Below are positions 39,310-50,272 of a stretch of 64,000 nt of DNA, in pieces. The DNA comes from Trueperaceae bacterium. GTDB lineage: Bacteria > Deinococcota > Deinococci > Deinococcales > Trueperaceae. The DNA lies in NCBI GenBank assembly GCA_965215565.1, contig CBDCDZ010000004.1, positions 4,320,001 through 4,384,000 of the forward strand. Direction: 5' to 3'. The position numbers and the translations under genes were made by a program. The notes under the pieces were generated by a model that made no database searches, was not told the DNA's origin, and saw only the letters and a program-made list of their open reading frames with translations. Position 1 is the first letter of the stretch, and each line of letters begins with the position of its first letter.

Positions 39310-40925
39310 GTGTTGGACTCCTCCTTGAGCGCGCCCGTCACGCGGAAGTTGACGAGGCTCACGGCGATGGTAATAAAGAAGATGATGAGCGAAATTGCCG
39401 AGGCGAGCCCGTACGCCGAGCCCCCCTGACTCTGAAAGGCTTCGTTGTACGCCCACGAGATCAAGATATCCGTGGAGCGCGCCGTCGAGGTGTAGCCCTC
39501 GACAAAGGGTCCGCCGCCCGTGAGCAAAAAGACCACCGCGAAGTTGTTGAAGTTAAAGGCGAAACCTGTGAGCGCAATCGGCACGAGCGCGGTGCGTAAA
39601 AGCGGCGCGGTTACGCCCGTAAAGCGCCGCCAAGCGTTCGCGCCGTCGATTTTGGCGGCTTCGTAGAGGTCATTGGGAATCGCGGAGAGTGCGCCCAGCG
39701 TCGCCGTCATCATGAAGGGGAAGCCGAGCCACAAGTTGACGAGCAAAATCGCGCTCCGCGCCGCCCAGGGGTCGCCCAGCCAGTTGAGCGTCTCCAGGTC
39801 GAGCAGTGCCAAAATCCGGTTGATCGCGCCGAAGTTCGTGTTCAAAAAGCCCTTCCATACCTGAATCGTGATGATGGGCGGCAGCGCCCAGGGAACGATG
39901 AGCAGGGTGCGGTAGAGGTTGCGAAGGCGCAGTTCGGGGTTGTTGAGGAGCACCGCCAAAAAGACGCCGAAGGCGATGTTGATGATCATGGTCAACACGG
40001 CGAAGGCGACGTTCCAGGTGAAAACAGGGATGAGCGTGCGGCTCGCTTGCCGCAAAATCGTGCTGAAGTTGCCGAAGCCGATGAAGCCGAAGTCGTTGTA
40101 GCGGGCGATCGCTTCGGGCTCCAAGTCTTCGGGTAGCGCCCTCGCTAACGTGATCGTATCGCCCTCGTTGCCCGCCATCGTGCGGGTGATGCCGGCGCGG
40201 TTAAGCGCGAGGCGTACGTTGCTGAGGTCAACCGCGTCGGGCGAAGCGTTGGCGAGAATGGGTGGGATACCCTGCAAGGTGAGGGTGTCGCCGTCACTGC
40301 TCGAGACCGACACCTGCACCGGAAAGCCCTGTACATTGAGCGTCGCCGTTTCGACTTCGCGCCCCTCGGGGATCGCCTCTTCTAAAGTCAGCGTGTCCCC
40401 CTCCAAGCTCGCGCCTACCGCCTCTTGCGTCCCCGAGGCGTAGATGATGGCGCGCACCCCGTTACAACCGTTGCGCATCGCGCCGCAGTTAAAGGTGCGC
40501 GGGTTTTCGATCGTGATCGTCTCACCGTCGGCGCTCACCACATTCGTCGTCGAGGCGACGTTGAGCTGACCGTTGAGGCTGCCCGCGTAGTCTGTAAAAG
40601 CGAGCACCACCGTCAAAATAACCGGGAAAAAGGTGAACGTCAGCAGAAATAGAATGGCGGGCAAGAGATAGTACCAGGGCATGATCCATTCGAAACGCTG
40701 CGCGATGATACTAAGCGCCGCGATCATCGCCGCAATGCCAAAGATGAGCCCCGTGTAGACGGGCGCGTCAGGAATGATAAACTGCAGAAGCCAGTACCCC
40801 GCGACGCCTCCTAAAATACCGATGCCGATAGCGAGCGTCAGCAGCAGCAGCGAGAGCCACAAACTCGCCTGTACACTTTTGGGACCCTTGGGTAAGAAGT
40901 CGCTTACCGAACGGGATAAATCCAT
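39306..40925 (-). CDS. malF: Maltodextrin ABC permease MalF-like
   Basis: VNLWLGFPFMM, LYEAAKIDGA, FNFNNF, TDILIS; large periplasmic loop. Confidence 0.88.
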   Translation of the reverse strand: MDLSRSVSDFLPKGPKSVQASLWLSLLLLTLAIGIGILGGVAGYWLLQFIIPDAPVYTGLIFGIAAMIAALSIIAQRFEWIMPWYYLLPAILFLLTFTFFPVILTVVLAFTDYAGSLNGQLNVASTTNVVSADGETITIENPRTFNCGAMRNGCNGVRAIIYASGTQEAVGASLEGDTLTLEEAIPEGREVETATLNVQGFPVQVSVSSSDGDTLTLQGIPPILANASPDAVDLSNVRLALNRAGITRTMAGNEGDTITLARALPEDLEPEAIARYNDFGFIGFGNFSTILRQASRTLIPVFTWNVAFAVLTMIINIAFGVFLAVLLNNPELRLRNLYRTLLIVPWALPPIITIQVWKGFLNTNFGAINRILALLDLETLNWLGDPWAARSAILLVNLWLGFPFMMTATLGALSAIPNDLYEAAKIDGANAWRRFTGVTAPLLRTALVPIALTGFAFNFNNFAVVFLLTGGGPFVEGYTSTARSTDILISWAYNEAFQSQGGSAYGLASAISLIIFFITIAVSLVNFRVTGALKEESNT

Positions 40926-41110
40926 CTCAACTCCTCTTTTTGCAGGAATCATCTAAGACGCGCTTGGTTGGACCTTAGCCCGTGAAAGATGAATCCGCGC
41001 TATTTAAATGTAGAAAGTAAGAAACCTAACAGCAGCCTGTCGCATCTCAGTGTGGAGGAGCGTGCACAGAGGGTGTTTCACGCTTTTCTCTACTCGTTGT
41101 GTGCCCTAAT

Positions 41111-41139
41111 AAAAATGCCAGGAGTTAGACTCCTGGCAT
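41111..41139 (-). terminator. Terminator/stabilising hairpin after malE
   Basis: AAAAATGCCAGGAG-ttaga-CTCCTGGCAT. Confidence 0.75.
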
Positions 41140-41159
41140 GACCCGTATGACTAAACGCC

Positions 41160-42344
41160 TTAGTTCCCCTGAATCTCGCTAATCGCGGTCTCTAGCGCCG
41201 CTTCGATGTTGCTGTCGGGGCTCTCTAAGATGACGGTCAACGCGGACGCCATCGGCTCCCAAACTTGACCCATCTCCGGGATGTTGGGCATGGGCACCGC
41301 GTTCGCGAGCGCCTCGGAGAAGCCCGCGATGACAGGATCGTCCGCCACTTGCTCGGCTGCGCCCTGCGAGGAGGGGACGCGCCCGCTGCGGTTGGCTAGG
41401 TCCACCTGCGCTTCGGGGCGTGTGACCCACTTGGCGAAGTTCGCCGCTGTCGTCTTGTTCTGGCTGAACTCGTTCATCAAGATGCCTTGTACGCCCATGA
41501 AGCCGTTGAACTCGGTACCGTCCGCCATCGCTGGAATCGGTATCACCGAAACGGAGATGTTCTCGGGAATATTCGTCATCATCCAGGGACCGTTATAGAT
41601 CATGCCGAGCTTGCCGTCCACAAAGAGCCCTTCGGCGACCTGCGTGTCGGTGTCAGCGGGGATGAGACCGTACTCGTACTGTAAAGAGCGCATCAACTCT
41701 GCACCTTCGACTGAGCCCTCGTTGGCGAGACCTAAGTCGTTAGGTTCTAAGTCTCCGTTATCGCCCCTATCGAAGACGTAGCCGCCCAAGCTGTTGATCC
41801 AGACATACGAGAAGTAGAAGTTCTTGATGTCATAAAGAAAGCCGAAGTTGCCCTCACTCGTAAGGCTCTCCGCTTGGCTGATGAAGTCTTCGAAGGTAGC
41901 GGGCGACTCCGGTACGAGATCGGTATTGACCACGAGCGCCGGCCCCTCGACGTACATGGGTAGCCCGAACAAGCGGTTGTTAAAGGTAAAGGCTAAGAGC
42001 GCCTGCTCCGAGAGGTCTTCGCGGTACTGCTCGGTGGAGAACTGGCTCATGTCTGCGAGAACGCCGCCCGCCGCCATCTCACCAATTTGGTCGTGCGGAA
42101 TCGGCACGATGAGGTCGGAGGCTTCGCCTTCGGGGGCGGACAGCAGCATTTTCTGCTTGATCTCACCCAAGTCAATGCGGGTAATCTGCACGGGCACACC
42201 GAAGTTTTGCTCGAAGGAGGCAGCTTGGCTCTGGAGCCACTCCAAGTCGGTGTCGCCGAAGTGCGTCCAAACGGTGACGGGCTGCTGCGCGAACGCCCCG
42301 CCTAACATGAACAACGTCGTAAGGAGAAGTGCTAATTTTTTCAT
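41160..42344 (-). CDS. malE: Maltose/maltodextrin-binding protein
   Basis: Signal peptide; PHDQIG, NGPW, PMPNIPEMGQVW. Confidence 0.92.
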   Translation of the reverse strand: MKKLALLLTTLFMLGGAFAQQPVTVWTHFGDTDLEWLQSQAASFEQNFGVPVQITRIDLGEIKQKMLLSAPEGEASDLIVPIPHDQIGEMAAGGVLADMSQFSTEQYREDLSEQALLAFTFNNRLFGLPMYVEGPALVVNTDLVPESPATFEDFISQAESLTSEGNFGFLYDIKNFYFSYVWINSLGGYVFDRGDNGDLEPNDLGLANEGSVEGAELMRSLQYEYGLIPADTDTQVAEGLFVDGKLGMIYNGPWMMTNIPENISVSVIPIPAMADGTEFNGFMGVQGILMNEFSQNKTTAANFAKWVTRPEAQVDLANRSGRVPSSQGAAEQVADDPVIAGFSEALANAVPMPNIPEMGQVWEPMASALTVILESPDSNIEAALETAISEIQGN

Positions 42345-42668
42345 CTAACATCCTTTCTTGAAACCTGGTCTATAAAGCTTATCCTACTTGACCCAAGTCG
42401 TCGCTAGCAGACAGCGTCGCTATTCTCTATCTACCTCTAACGGTTTTGGGTTCGCCTCGAGCCCACCTCAACAAGCCGCAGTTGTGACAGCGCGGTACTA
42501 AAACGCTCTACAATCTGACGAAACCTTGTGTACGTTGAGAAGACTCTCGAGCTGTGATACTAAAACGCAGTTTACCGTGCATGTGGGGGGTTGTCCAGTC
42601 TTTCACATAATGTTTTGGAAGCCCTGAGCTTCACACTTTCTTCAGGTCTCATTCACGCAGCAGTTACA

Positions 42669-43106
42669 TAGCAGGTATCATCTGGTTTGAGACACTCTCA
42701 CTGTAGAAAACACTGTTTAGCACGCACTTTGTAAGATGATATCTGCGGCACTCTGTCTCAGTATGTTTTGGAAGTGCTAACATAACGAACTAGGATAAAC
42801 GAACGCAGGCATCATCTCTGAGTGTGCGTGCTAGACTGTGTTCTTCACAGTGAGCGTGTTTGTGACCAGCTCCGAACGTGTTCACGAAGTCGCTAGCGGG
42901 ACGCGACCACGCGCGTTACGAAGTTTTCGCACTTGCGAAACGCGGAGCCTTGTGAGACAGACTTTGATTGAGCGAAGCTATACGAAGTAACTTATAGCAG
43001 TTCCATTTATCGTTGCTACACTTCTTCGCAGATATCATCACAATCAAGTGCGTGCTAAACAATGTTCTCTTCGGTGAGGGCGTAGCTGACCAGATGATAC
43101 CTGCTA
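42669..43106. repeat. Cluster of three family A elements (+42669-42779; partial minus copy ~42790-42990 with hairpin-rich segment; -42995-43106)
   Basis: Core blocks in both orientations; ACGAAGT/GCGGAGC/GCGAAGC-rich 42870-42990. Confidence 0.8.
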
Positions 43107-43126
43107 TGTATGTTAGCTTAGCTCGC

Positions 43127-44959
43127 ATGGACACGTTCGCTTTTCATTCTCCCGCCGAAGGTCTCTCCCGTCAAGATGAGAGGTGGCGCGTCACGCTCCA
43201 GCTACCGCGCAAACTCAACGTTGAAACCGCCTGGGTCCGCAGTGAGCCCGACAACGAAGAGTTTTTAAGCCCGCTGACGCGCCAAAAAATAGAGGGTGCC
43301 TGGGCGTTTTACGAGGGCGAACTGCGCCTCAACCGAGCCGAAGAGGTCACGCTCTACGCCTTTAAGTTTCTCGTGGACGGTTATCAGCACTGGCTCGCAC
43401 AGGGTGGCGTCTCACCCTACTTTCCCGAGCGCGACGTGCACTTTCGCCTCAACCCCTCGTATGAGCCTGCTCGCTGGGTCTGGTCTTCAGTGTTCTACCA
43501 AATTTTCCCCGAACGCTTTTGTGATGGCGATCCGAGCAACAACGTCACGGACGGCGAGTACCTTTACGAAGGAGAGCCCGTCGTCGCCAAAGAATGGGGC
43601 GAACTGCCTGAGCGCTCTCAAGGACCGCGCGAATTTTACGGCGGAGACTTGGCGGGCATCCGTCAGAAGCTGCCCTACTTGGAAGACTTAGGCGTCACAG
43701 CGCTCTATCTAAACCCTATCTTCGTGTCGCCCTCGAGCCACAAATACGACACGGTGGACTACCTCAAGGTGGACCCGCACTTCGGCACGAACGAGGCGTT
43801 CGCCGAACTCTGCGGTGACCTGAAAGAGCGCGACATGCGCATTATCCTCGACGCCGTCATCAACCACACCTCCGAACGCCATCCCTGGTTCGACCGCTAC
43901 GGCGAGTACGACGAGGCGGGCGCGTACGGTTCGGCGGAGGCGGCGACGAGAGAGTTCTACACCTTTTACGACGAGGAGCCCGAGGCGTATCACGGCTGGG
44001 TAGGCGTCGAGACGCTCCCCACGCTCGATTACAACGCCCCCGAGTTGCGCAGGCGCATCTACGAGGCCGACGACGCGGTGTTGCGCACCTGGCTCAAGCC
44101 ACCCTATGAGATCGACGGCTGGCGTTTCGACGTGCTGCACATGTTGGGTGAGGGCGACGGCGCGCGCAACAACGCCGAATACGTGCGCCACTTCCGCCGC
44201 ACCTTACGCGAGGAAAACCCCGAAGCCTACATGTTAGGCGAGCACTTCTACGAGGCGACGAAATGGCTCCAGGGCGATCAGGAGGACGCCGCTATGAACT
44301 ACGACGGCTTCGCCCGCCCGCTCTGGGCGTTCTTCGCCGAAACTGACCACAAGAGTCATCCGGTCAAGATCGACGCGGCAACGTTGGACGCGGTCATGAC
44401 CCGCTCGCGCGCCCGCCTCCCTTTCGAGATTCAGCTCTCGCAGTTCAATCTCTTGGGCTCACACGACACGCCGCGTTTCTTGACGCGCGTGAAGGGCAAC
44501 CGTGACCTCATGAAAGCCGCCGTGACCCTCCTTTTTACCTACATCGGCGTGCCGTGTGTCTACTACGGCGATGAGGTTGGTCTGGAGGGCGGCGACGACC
44601 CGGACTGCCGCCGCACCTTTCCTTGGGATGAGGCGGCGTGGGACAAGGATTTAAGAGGTCACGTTCAAACGCTCATCGCCTTCCGCGAGACACATGAAGT
44701 TTTACAAAGAGGTGCGTTGGTAACGCTCTACGCCGAAGGGGACGTCTATGCGTTTGCGAGAGTTTTAGGTAGTGGTGTCGCGATCACCGTTGTGAATAGG
44801 GGAGAAGAGGTCAGCGTCTCTTTGCCTGTTTGGACGTTGGGTTTAGACGATGTGGCGCTGACCTCTTTACTGAACGACCAAAAGATTGAGGCTGAAGAGG
44901 GAAAGCTTGAGCTTCATCTGCCCAAACACTCGAGCGTCGTCCTTCACAACCTTGGTTAG
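43127..44959 (+). CDS. malZ: Maltodextrin glucosidase (GH13)
   Basis: EPDNEE, FYQIFPERF, SHKYDT, DGWRFDV, GEHF, LGSHDTPR, DPDCRR. Confidence 0.9.
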   Translation: MDTFAFHSPAEGLSRQDERWRVTLQLPRKLNVETAWVRSEPDNEEFLSPLTRQKIEGAWAFYEGELRLNRAEEVTLYAFKFLVDGYQHWLAQGGVSPYFPERDVHFRLNPSYEPARWVWSSVFYQIFPERFCDGDPSNNVTDGEYLYEGEPVVAKEWGELPERSQGPREFYGGDLAGIRQKLPYLEDLGVTALYLNPIFVSPSSHKYDTVDYLKVDPHFGTNEAFAELCGDLKERDMRIILDAVINHTSERHPWFDRYGEYDEAGAYGSAEAATREFYTFYDEEPEAYHGWVGVETLPTLDYNAPELRRRIYEADDAVLRTWLKPPYEIDGWRFDVLHMLGEGDGARNNAEYVRHFRRTLREENPEAYMLGEHFYEATKWLQGDQEDAAMNYDGFARPLWAFFAETDHKSHPVKIDAATLDAVMTRSRARLPFEIQLSQFNLLGSHDTPRFLTRVKGNRDLMKAAVTLLFTYIGVPCVYYGDEVGLEGGDDPDCRRTFPWDEAAWDKDLRGHVQTLIAFRETHEVLQRGALVTLYAEGDVYAFARVLGSGVAITVVNRGEEVSVSLPVWTLGLDDVALTSLLNDQKIEAEEGKLELHLPKHSSVVLHNLG

Positions 44960-44966
44960 AACTGGT

Positions 44967-46079
44967 TCAAATCAAACTGATGTACCTGCCGCCCGGAAGC
45001 TGCTTGACGACGCCCTGCAATTCCAGAAGCGTGAGCGTCGGCAAGAGGTCGGCGGTGGTTTTCCCCGTCGCGCTCATCAGATCGTCGAGTAGGGGAGAGC
45101 CGCGCTCCTGGATGGCTCTAACGAGGCTACGTCCTGGCTCTTCTAGAGAGGTTAGAGGAACGGCGTTTTCTTTTGTATTTGCCTCGCGCCAGCCGAACTC
45201 TTGCAACACATCGCCCGCGCTCTGCACCATCGTCGCGCCCTGCTTTAAGAGCGCTAGCGTGCCCGCCGCTTTGCTGTCGCCGACTCTGCCAGGGACAGCA
45301 AATATGGTGCGCCCTTCCTCGAGTGCGAACTCCGCCGTGATGAGCGCGCCCGACTTGAGCCCGCCCTCCACGACCAAGACGCCTTTGGATAGTCCATTGA
45401 TAATTCTATTGCGCCCCGGAAAGTTCGTCGCGCGCGGACCGCTGCCTATTCTATACTCGCTGACAACCGCACCGTGAGCGTCCAGAATCTCTTCGGCTAA
45501 CCTCTGGTTCTGACGCGGATAAATCACGTCTACGCCCGAGCCGAGCACCGCGACGGTCTGTCCACCCTCGCTTTGCACCGCACCCCTATGCGCTGCGCTG
45601 TCCACGCCGAGCGCCAAACCGGAGACCACCACGACGCCCGCTCGCGCCAAGTCCTTGCCAAAGTTGAGGCTCAGATTGAGCGCGTACTGGCTCGCGTTGC
45701 GCGTGCCGACGATACCGACGGCTTTAGTCTGAGAAAGCGCGGGCGGCAGCGTTCCGCGTATATAGATCAAGGGCGGAGGGTCATAGATATTTCTTAAAGA
45801 TTCGGGGTAGCTGGGGTGCTCGAGGTGCAAAAGTGTAATACCGAGGCGTCCGGCGCGCTCTATCTCCTTCTCGACCTCTTCGCTGATTTTTGTGGAGGCT
45901 CGAGCCGCTACGAGCGACGCAATCAGCTTAGGACCCACACCCTCAACCTCTTTTAGTGCGTCCGGCTCCGCCTCCAAAACCGCCCTCGCCCCGCCGAAAT
46001 GCTCACCTAGCACCTTGATTTTGCGCGGACCTAGACCGGGGGTGAAAGAGAGGAAGAGAAAAGCCCTGAGCGCGTCCAT
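44967..46079 (-). CDS. dprA: DNA-processing protein DprA
   Basis: IVGTRNAS, VSGLALGVD, FPGRNRII, SGALITA, FAVPG. Confidence 0.96.
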   Translation of the reverse strand: MDALRAFLFLSFTPGLGPRKIKVLGEHFGGARAVLEAEPDALKEVEGVGPKLIASLVAARASTKISEEVEKEIERAGRLGITLLHLEHPSYPESLRNIYDPPPLIYIRGTLPPALSQTKAVGIVGTRNASQYALNLSLNFGKDLARAGVVVVSGLALGVDSAAHRGAVQSEGGQTVAVLGSGVDVIYPRQNQRLAEEILDAHGAVVSEYRIGSGPRATNFPGRNRIINGLSKGVLVVEGGLKSGALITAEFALEEGRTIFAVPGRVGDSKAAGTLALLKQGATMVQSAGDVLQEFGWREANTKENAVPLTSLEEPGRSLVRAIQERGSPLLDDLMSATGKTTADLLPTLTLLELQGVVKQLPGGRYISLI

Positions 46080-46173
46080 GAGAGGACATCGTAGCAGGGC
46101 AAACGTGCGCGTGGAGGTGAAACGCTCACGAGAAGGGCAGAATTCAGTAGTCAGCGTAAAGAGCTACTGACTA

Positions 46174-46305
46174 TAGCAATTAACATAAGTACTGATTGGA
46201 ATAGCGCAAGTATCATTCTCAAATGTGCGTGCTACACGGTGTTCTATATCGTGAGAGCGTTGCTCCGCAAAACTTACGTACACTCAAACCAAATGATACT
46301 TGCTA
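46174..46305 (-). repeat. Family A element, subfamily 2, compact copy
   Basis: Reverse complement of 5391-5651 without the inserts. Confidence 0.85.
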
Positions 46306-46320
46306 TACTGATACCCGTTG

Positions 46321-47268
46321 TTAAGCTGGCGTGAACCTATACTCCTCACCGACTTGTGCGATGTAACCCAGTCCGGGAAAGGCGAAGTGATAGGCGAAGA
46401 TGCGCGTGCCGTCGCTCGAGGCGCGGTTCAGGATGTCGCGGCGCGTCTCGGCAGCTTGCTCCGGGTTTCCATCAAACGCGAACGCCCAGTCGGGGTGCAG
46501 GGGCGAAATCAGCGCGTGGGTGGCGGTGTCGGCGATATGCAAGACGCTCTCGTCACCCGAGCTAACAATGAAATTCATGTGTCCCGGCGTGTGTCCAAAG
46601 GCTTCGACTGCCTCTACACCGCTCACGACTTCATCGCCGCCGCTGTAGTACGTGATTTGATTCGCGTCTACAGCGGGCTGCAGCTTCTCGAGCGCGGTCT
46701 GCGCTCCGTCGTTATCTTCGGGTGCACTCTGCAAAAAGTCCCATTCCGCTTGCGAGAGGTAGTGCATGGCGTTCGGAAAGGTGAGCGTCCCCTCACTCGA
46801 CATGCCCGAGATGTGATCGCCGTGATAGTGCGAGATGATCACGTTGCTAACGTCGCCGGGTGAGACGCCGAGGGCTTCTAACGTCGGTACGAGGTTTTGC
46901 CCGGTGCCCGTGTCGATGAGGGTGTAGTCGCCACCCATGTTAAGGAGCATCACGTTCGCCGTGCCGCTGATGACGTCAGTAGGCAGGTTGTACTGCCCCA
47001 AAAGCTCGCCTACAGCGCCCTCGGGTGCGCCGCCACCGTACATGGAAGGCTGCAACTCCAAGGTTGTCTCTTGAAACACGGTGACTTGTGTGTCACCGAG
47101 TTGGAAGCGTTCTAGGGCGAGGGGGAGAGAGGGACCTCCGCCCGATGCACCGCCAGTATCTTGTGCGCTCACCACTCCTAAATTCGCAAGGCTCGCGCCG
47201 AGCGCGCCTGCGCCTAGCCCTTTGAGAAGCTTTCGGCGAGACAAGGGACGTTTCGTATCTTTAGACAT
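46321..47268 (-). CDS. Tat-exported MBL-fold metallo-hydrolase
   Basis: SRRKLL twin-arginine; HYHGDH; GHTPGH; YHFAFPG. Confidence 0.9.
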   Translation of the reverse strand: MSKDTKRPLSRRKLLKGLGAGALGASLANLGVVSAQDTGGASGGGPSLPLALERFQLGDTQVTVFQETTLELQPSMYGGGAPEGAVGELLGQYNLPTDVISGTANVMLLNMGGDYTLIDTGTGQNLVPTLEALGVSPGDVSNVIISHYHGDHISGMSSEGTLTFPNAMHYLSQAEWDFLQSAPEDNDGAQTALEKLQPAVDANQITYYSGGDEVVSGVEAVEAFGHTPGHMNFIVSSGDESVLHIADTATHALISPLHPDWAFAFDGNPEQAAETRRDILNRASSDGTRIFAYHFAFPGLGYIAQVGEEYRFTPA

Positions 47269-47285
47269 GCGTTTCCTCCTTATTA

Positions 47286-47396
47286 TAGCAGGTATCATCT
47301 GGTTTGAGCCAATCTCACGAGATAGAACATTGTATAGCACGCACTTTATGGGATGATACCTGCGTGATTCAAGCTCAGTACTTCTGATAACCGCTA
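47286..47396 (+). repeat. Family A element, compact copy
   Basis: TAGCAGGTATCATCTGGTTTGAG...AGCACGCAC...CTCAGTA. Confidence 0.8.
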
Positions 47397-47487
47397 TGAT
47401 TTACCTTTCGTACCGTAACGTCAGAGAAGAGAAAGAACCGTATTGAGTGATACGGCTGGGGCCTTGAGCGACACTTGAGCGCCCACG

Positions 47488-48027
47488 TTAGTTTTCCAAA
47501 AGTGCCTGTACGAGTGGCACAGTCTGAGTAACGATGCGCTCTATATCAGCGGTAGCTAAAGGTTCGCTACGAATTACTTCACGCATGAGGGCGACACCTA
47601 AAAGCTGCGCCGCCACAAGGCTCGCTCTCAATTCTTTGTCTTTGCCTGTCATGAGGCTCGAGAGTGGCGCGGTGAACCGGTCTTCTATGTTCTCGCGCAG
47701 TAGCGCGCTCGCCTGCTCGTTCGCTGCCGAACGCAACAGGGCCAAGAGCGGATCGAAGTCACGCTTATTTAAGATATAGCGCACTAAGGCTTCACCGAGC
47801 TGTTCACGCGGCATTGCAAGGAGCGCGCCAAGGTCAACCTTTTGCGTCACCGCCTGTTCAAAAAGCGCCTCTTTGGAACCGAAGTAGCGAATGACCAAAG
47901 CGACATTGACCCCGGCAGCCTCAGCGATGTCGCGCACGCCGACCTGCTCAAAGCTCTGAGCGCTGAAATGCTCACGCGCTGCGCTGAGGATAGCGGCTTC
48001 GGTGGCTTCGCGCTTGGTTCTGTACAT
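47488..48027 (-). CDS. TetR family regulator
   Basis: VRDIAEAAGVNVALVIRYFGSKEALF. Confidence 0.93.
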   Translation of the reverse strand: MYRTKREATEAAILSAAREHFSAQSFEQVGVRDIAEAAGVNVALVIRYFGSKEALFEQAVTQKVDLGALLAMPREQLGEALVRYILNKRDFDPLLALLRSAANEQASALLRENIEDRFTAPLSSLMTGKDKELRASLVAAQLLGVALMREVIRSEPLATADIERIVTQTVPLVQALLEN

Positions 48028-48072
48028 GCTCGACCCCTCTAACTTTAAGAATAGCACGTCTCTCTCGCCGAA

Positions 48073-48139
48073 ATAAACAACCGTTGACAAAGTGTAAGCG
48101 GTTGTTTACAGTAAGTTTGTAAGCGAACGTTTACAAACT
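48073..48139. promoter_or_regulatory. Candidate TetR operators in the divergent promoter
   Basis: TGTAAGCGGTTGTTTACA (48093-48110) and TGTAAGCGAACGTTTACA (48118-48135), plus a degenerate third. Confidence 0.75.
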
Positions 48140-48147
48140 GAAAGGAT

Positions 48148-48999
48148 GTGAACGAGGTGGTCAAAGAAAGAGATAAAGTCGCCCTGGTGACGGGAAGTTC
48201 GTCGGGGATCGGTTTAGCAGCCGCTACAATGCTTAAAGAGGCAGACTTCACGGTCTACGCCTCGGCGCGGCGAGCCGAGTCCTTGCATGATTTGCAAAAG
48301 AGAGGGTTTCGCACGGTGCAACTCGACGTGACGAATGAAGATTCGATGCGACACGCAGTAGCGCACATCGAGAAAGAGCACGGCGCGGTGGACGTGCTCG
48401 TGAATAACGCGGGCTACGGGCAGAACGGACCTCTCGAGGTGCTGCCCCTAGACGATATTCGGCGGCAGTTCGAAACCAACGTGTTTGGACTCTTGCGGCT
48501 CTCTCAACTCGTCTTACCTGGAATGCGCTGCAAGGGGTGGGGGCGCATCATCAACGTGGGCTCCATCGGCGGCACGTTCGCCACGCTCGGGGCGGGCGCG
48601 TATCACGCTAGCAAGTTTGCCGTGGAAGCCTTTTCGGACGCACTACGAGCCGAGGTGGAAGCTTTCGGGATAGATGTTTCTCTTATCCAGCCAACAGGCG
48701 TCTACACAGGTTTTGAAAAAGCGATGTCCACGGGTTATCCAGAGGTATCGCCGGATAACCCCTACTATACTTTCACCGAGAACCACAAAGAAGCGTCAGC
48801 AGCGGTCTTTCAGGGGCGGAATACGGCGGGCGTCGTGAGCGCGGAAAGGGTCGCGCAGAAGATTCTCCGCGCAGCCACCGTCAAGCGTCCGCGCACGCGC
48901 TACAAGGTTGGCGCGAGTGCCCACGTGCTCTTCCATGCGCGCCGTTTGTTGTCTGACCGTGCTTGGGACAAAGTAACGCGCTCGCAGTTTCCCATGTAG
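48148..48999 (+). CDS. SDR family oxidoreductase
   Basis: TGSSSGIG, NNAG, YHASK. Confidence 0.93.
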   Translation: MNEVVKERDKVALVTGSSSGIGLAAATMLKEADFTVYASARRAESLHDLQKRGFRTVQLDVTNEDSMRHAVAHIEKEHGAVDVLVNNAGYGQNGPLEVLPLDDIRRQFETNVFGLLRLSQLVLPGMRCKGWGRIINVGSIGGTFATLGAGAYHASKFAVEAFSDALRAEVEAFGIDVSLIQPTGVYTGFEKAMSTGYPEVSPDNPYYTFTENHKEASAAVFQGRNTAGVVSAERVAQKILRAATVKRPRTRYKVGASAHVLFHARRLLSDRAWDKVTRSQFPM

Positions 49000-49245
49000 C
49001 CTGAAGGGTCGCGCAAAAAAAGAGCACCACCGTGGTGACGGGTGCTCTTAGAATACTCCATCCTGAAAAGATAGGAGTAGAGGTTGGTGCGCGGTTGCCT
49101 CGCCCGCGTTTCGTACCTTTTTACGCTTACGCGCCGAGCGTAGTACGAACTCGAGCAAGCATTATCCCATTGCCGCTTGCTAGGGCCTCCCGGTTACGGT
49201 TAAGAGAGCGCTACCTCTCCGTTGCCAGGTACCTCAGAGCTTCCT

Positions 49246-49506
49246 CTATCTACTTACGTAGAAGAGGTTGCGAATTTCCTCACCTTCGAGGAAGTATCTT
49301 ACGTGGATACTTATCTCGTCGATAAGGGCTTCGCTAAGCCCCAAATGACCAGTGAAGTGACGCACTAGATTCAAGTCACTGTCAAACTTGGCCTGATACC
49401 CAATTAGGGTATCGCCTTGTTTGATAGTGACGATGAACCTTTCTGCATCACCATCATCACTAGTCACGCTGAAAAAGTTCATAGCCTTCTCCAACATGTG
49501 CCACAC
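49246..49506 (-). CDS. Hypothetical protein, possibly a fragment
   Basis: Protein-like composition only; minus-strand terminator at 49015-49050. Confidence 0.4.
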   Translation of the reverse strand: MWHMLEKAMNFFSVTSDDGDAERFIVTIKQGDTLIGYQAKFDSDLNLVRHFTGHLGLSEALIDEISIHVRYFLEGEEIRNLFYVSR

Positions 49507-49659
49507 ACTCGGTCAAGGGCGGTGTGACGTCTCCCTAGCGGTAGTGTAGAAGAAAAGAGGTGCGCGGATTGGCTTAACTGGACGCGGCGGCTCGAGGCGG
49601 AGTAAGCTGCGAGTATCAACGTCAACCGCGTTGATACTGTTGTATACGAATAAAGTAAA

Positions 49660-50067
49660 ATGAGTAACAAAAAATCTGACGGTGTGCGCGAAGCTGTCTT
49701 CGCAATCTTTTTGATTCCTTCGTTGCTTGTAGTTTTCGGCGTCAGAGCGAGCCTAACGATCCTCGTTAGCTCTGCTGGTGCGCTGATATTCGCAAGTATC
49801 GTCGTGGTGATCGTCGAGCATATGCTCGAGCGCTTCGCCCTGCGAAAAGAGCAGCGTGAACAGCGCCGCGCGCTTTGCGCAGTGCCCCTGCGAATAGCCC
49901 TCAGGAGCACGAACCCCGCCTTGCAAGCGGCTGCGCTCTCTGCCGTCCAGCGCCTCGGCTTCACGTCAGCGGCGCTCGAGGAGGTGTACCAGAACTACAC
50001 CTTCGAGCAGCTCCTAGAGAGTGCTGAGCCTGAGGACGACTCGGGGACCACCCTCGAGTCCGACTAA
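49660..50067 (+). CDS. Hypothetical 2-TM protein
   Basis: Two hydrophobic helices; terminator at ~50092-50124. Confidence 0.65.
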   Translation: MSNKKSDGVREAVFAIFLIPSLLVVFGVRASLTILVSSAGALIFASIVVVIVEHMLERFALRKEQREQRRALCAVPLRIALRSTNPALQAAALSAVQRLGFTSAALEEVYQNYTFEQLLESAEPEDDSGTTLESD

Positions 50068-50272
50068 GCAAAACAAGTCCTCGTATGAGGCAGCGCACAG
50101 CTTACAAGGCTGTGCGTTTTTCTTTGGCTCGAGGGGTAGCGCCCGGCTAACCTCTTTCAAGATAATGCGCGGCTAGAGGCTACTGGTACGACTCATGATG
50201 CTTTCTGCTTAGTATTTCTTTAAGCGTGCGCAAACCCGTAAGATAGAAACAGTTGAATTGTGGGAAAACAGC

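Noticed and set aside
42496..42575. TACTAAAACGC direct repeat upstream of malE as a mal operator
   Set aside because: Only two short copies and no cognate regulator in the window
43013..43126. N-terminal extensions of malZ and the MBL hydrolase, and ORFs 915-1109, 5409-5612, 30741-30950
   Set aside because: These frames run through family A repeats (recurrent QMIPA/PKHTETDE translations)
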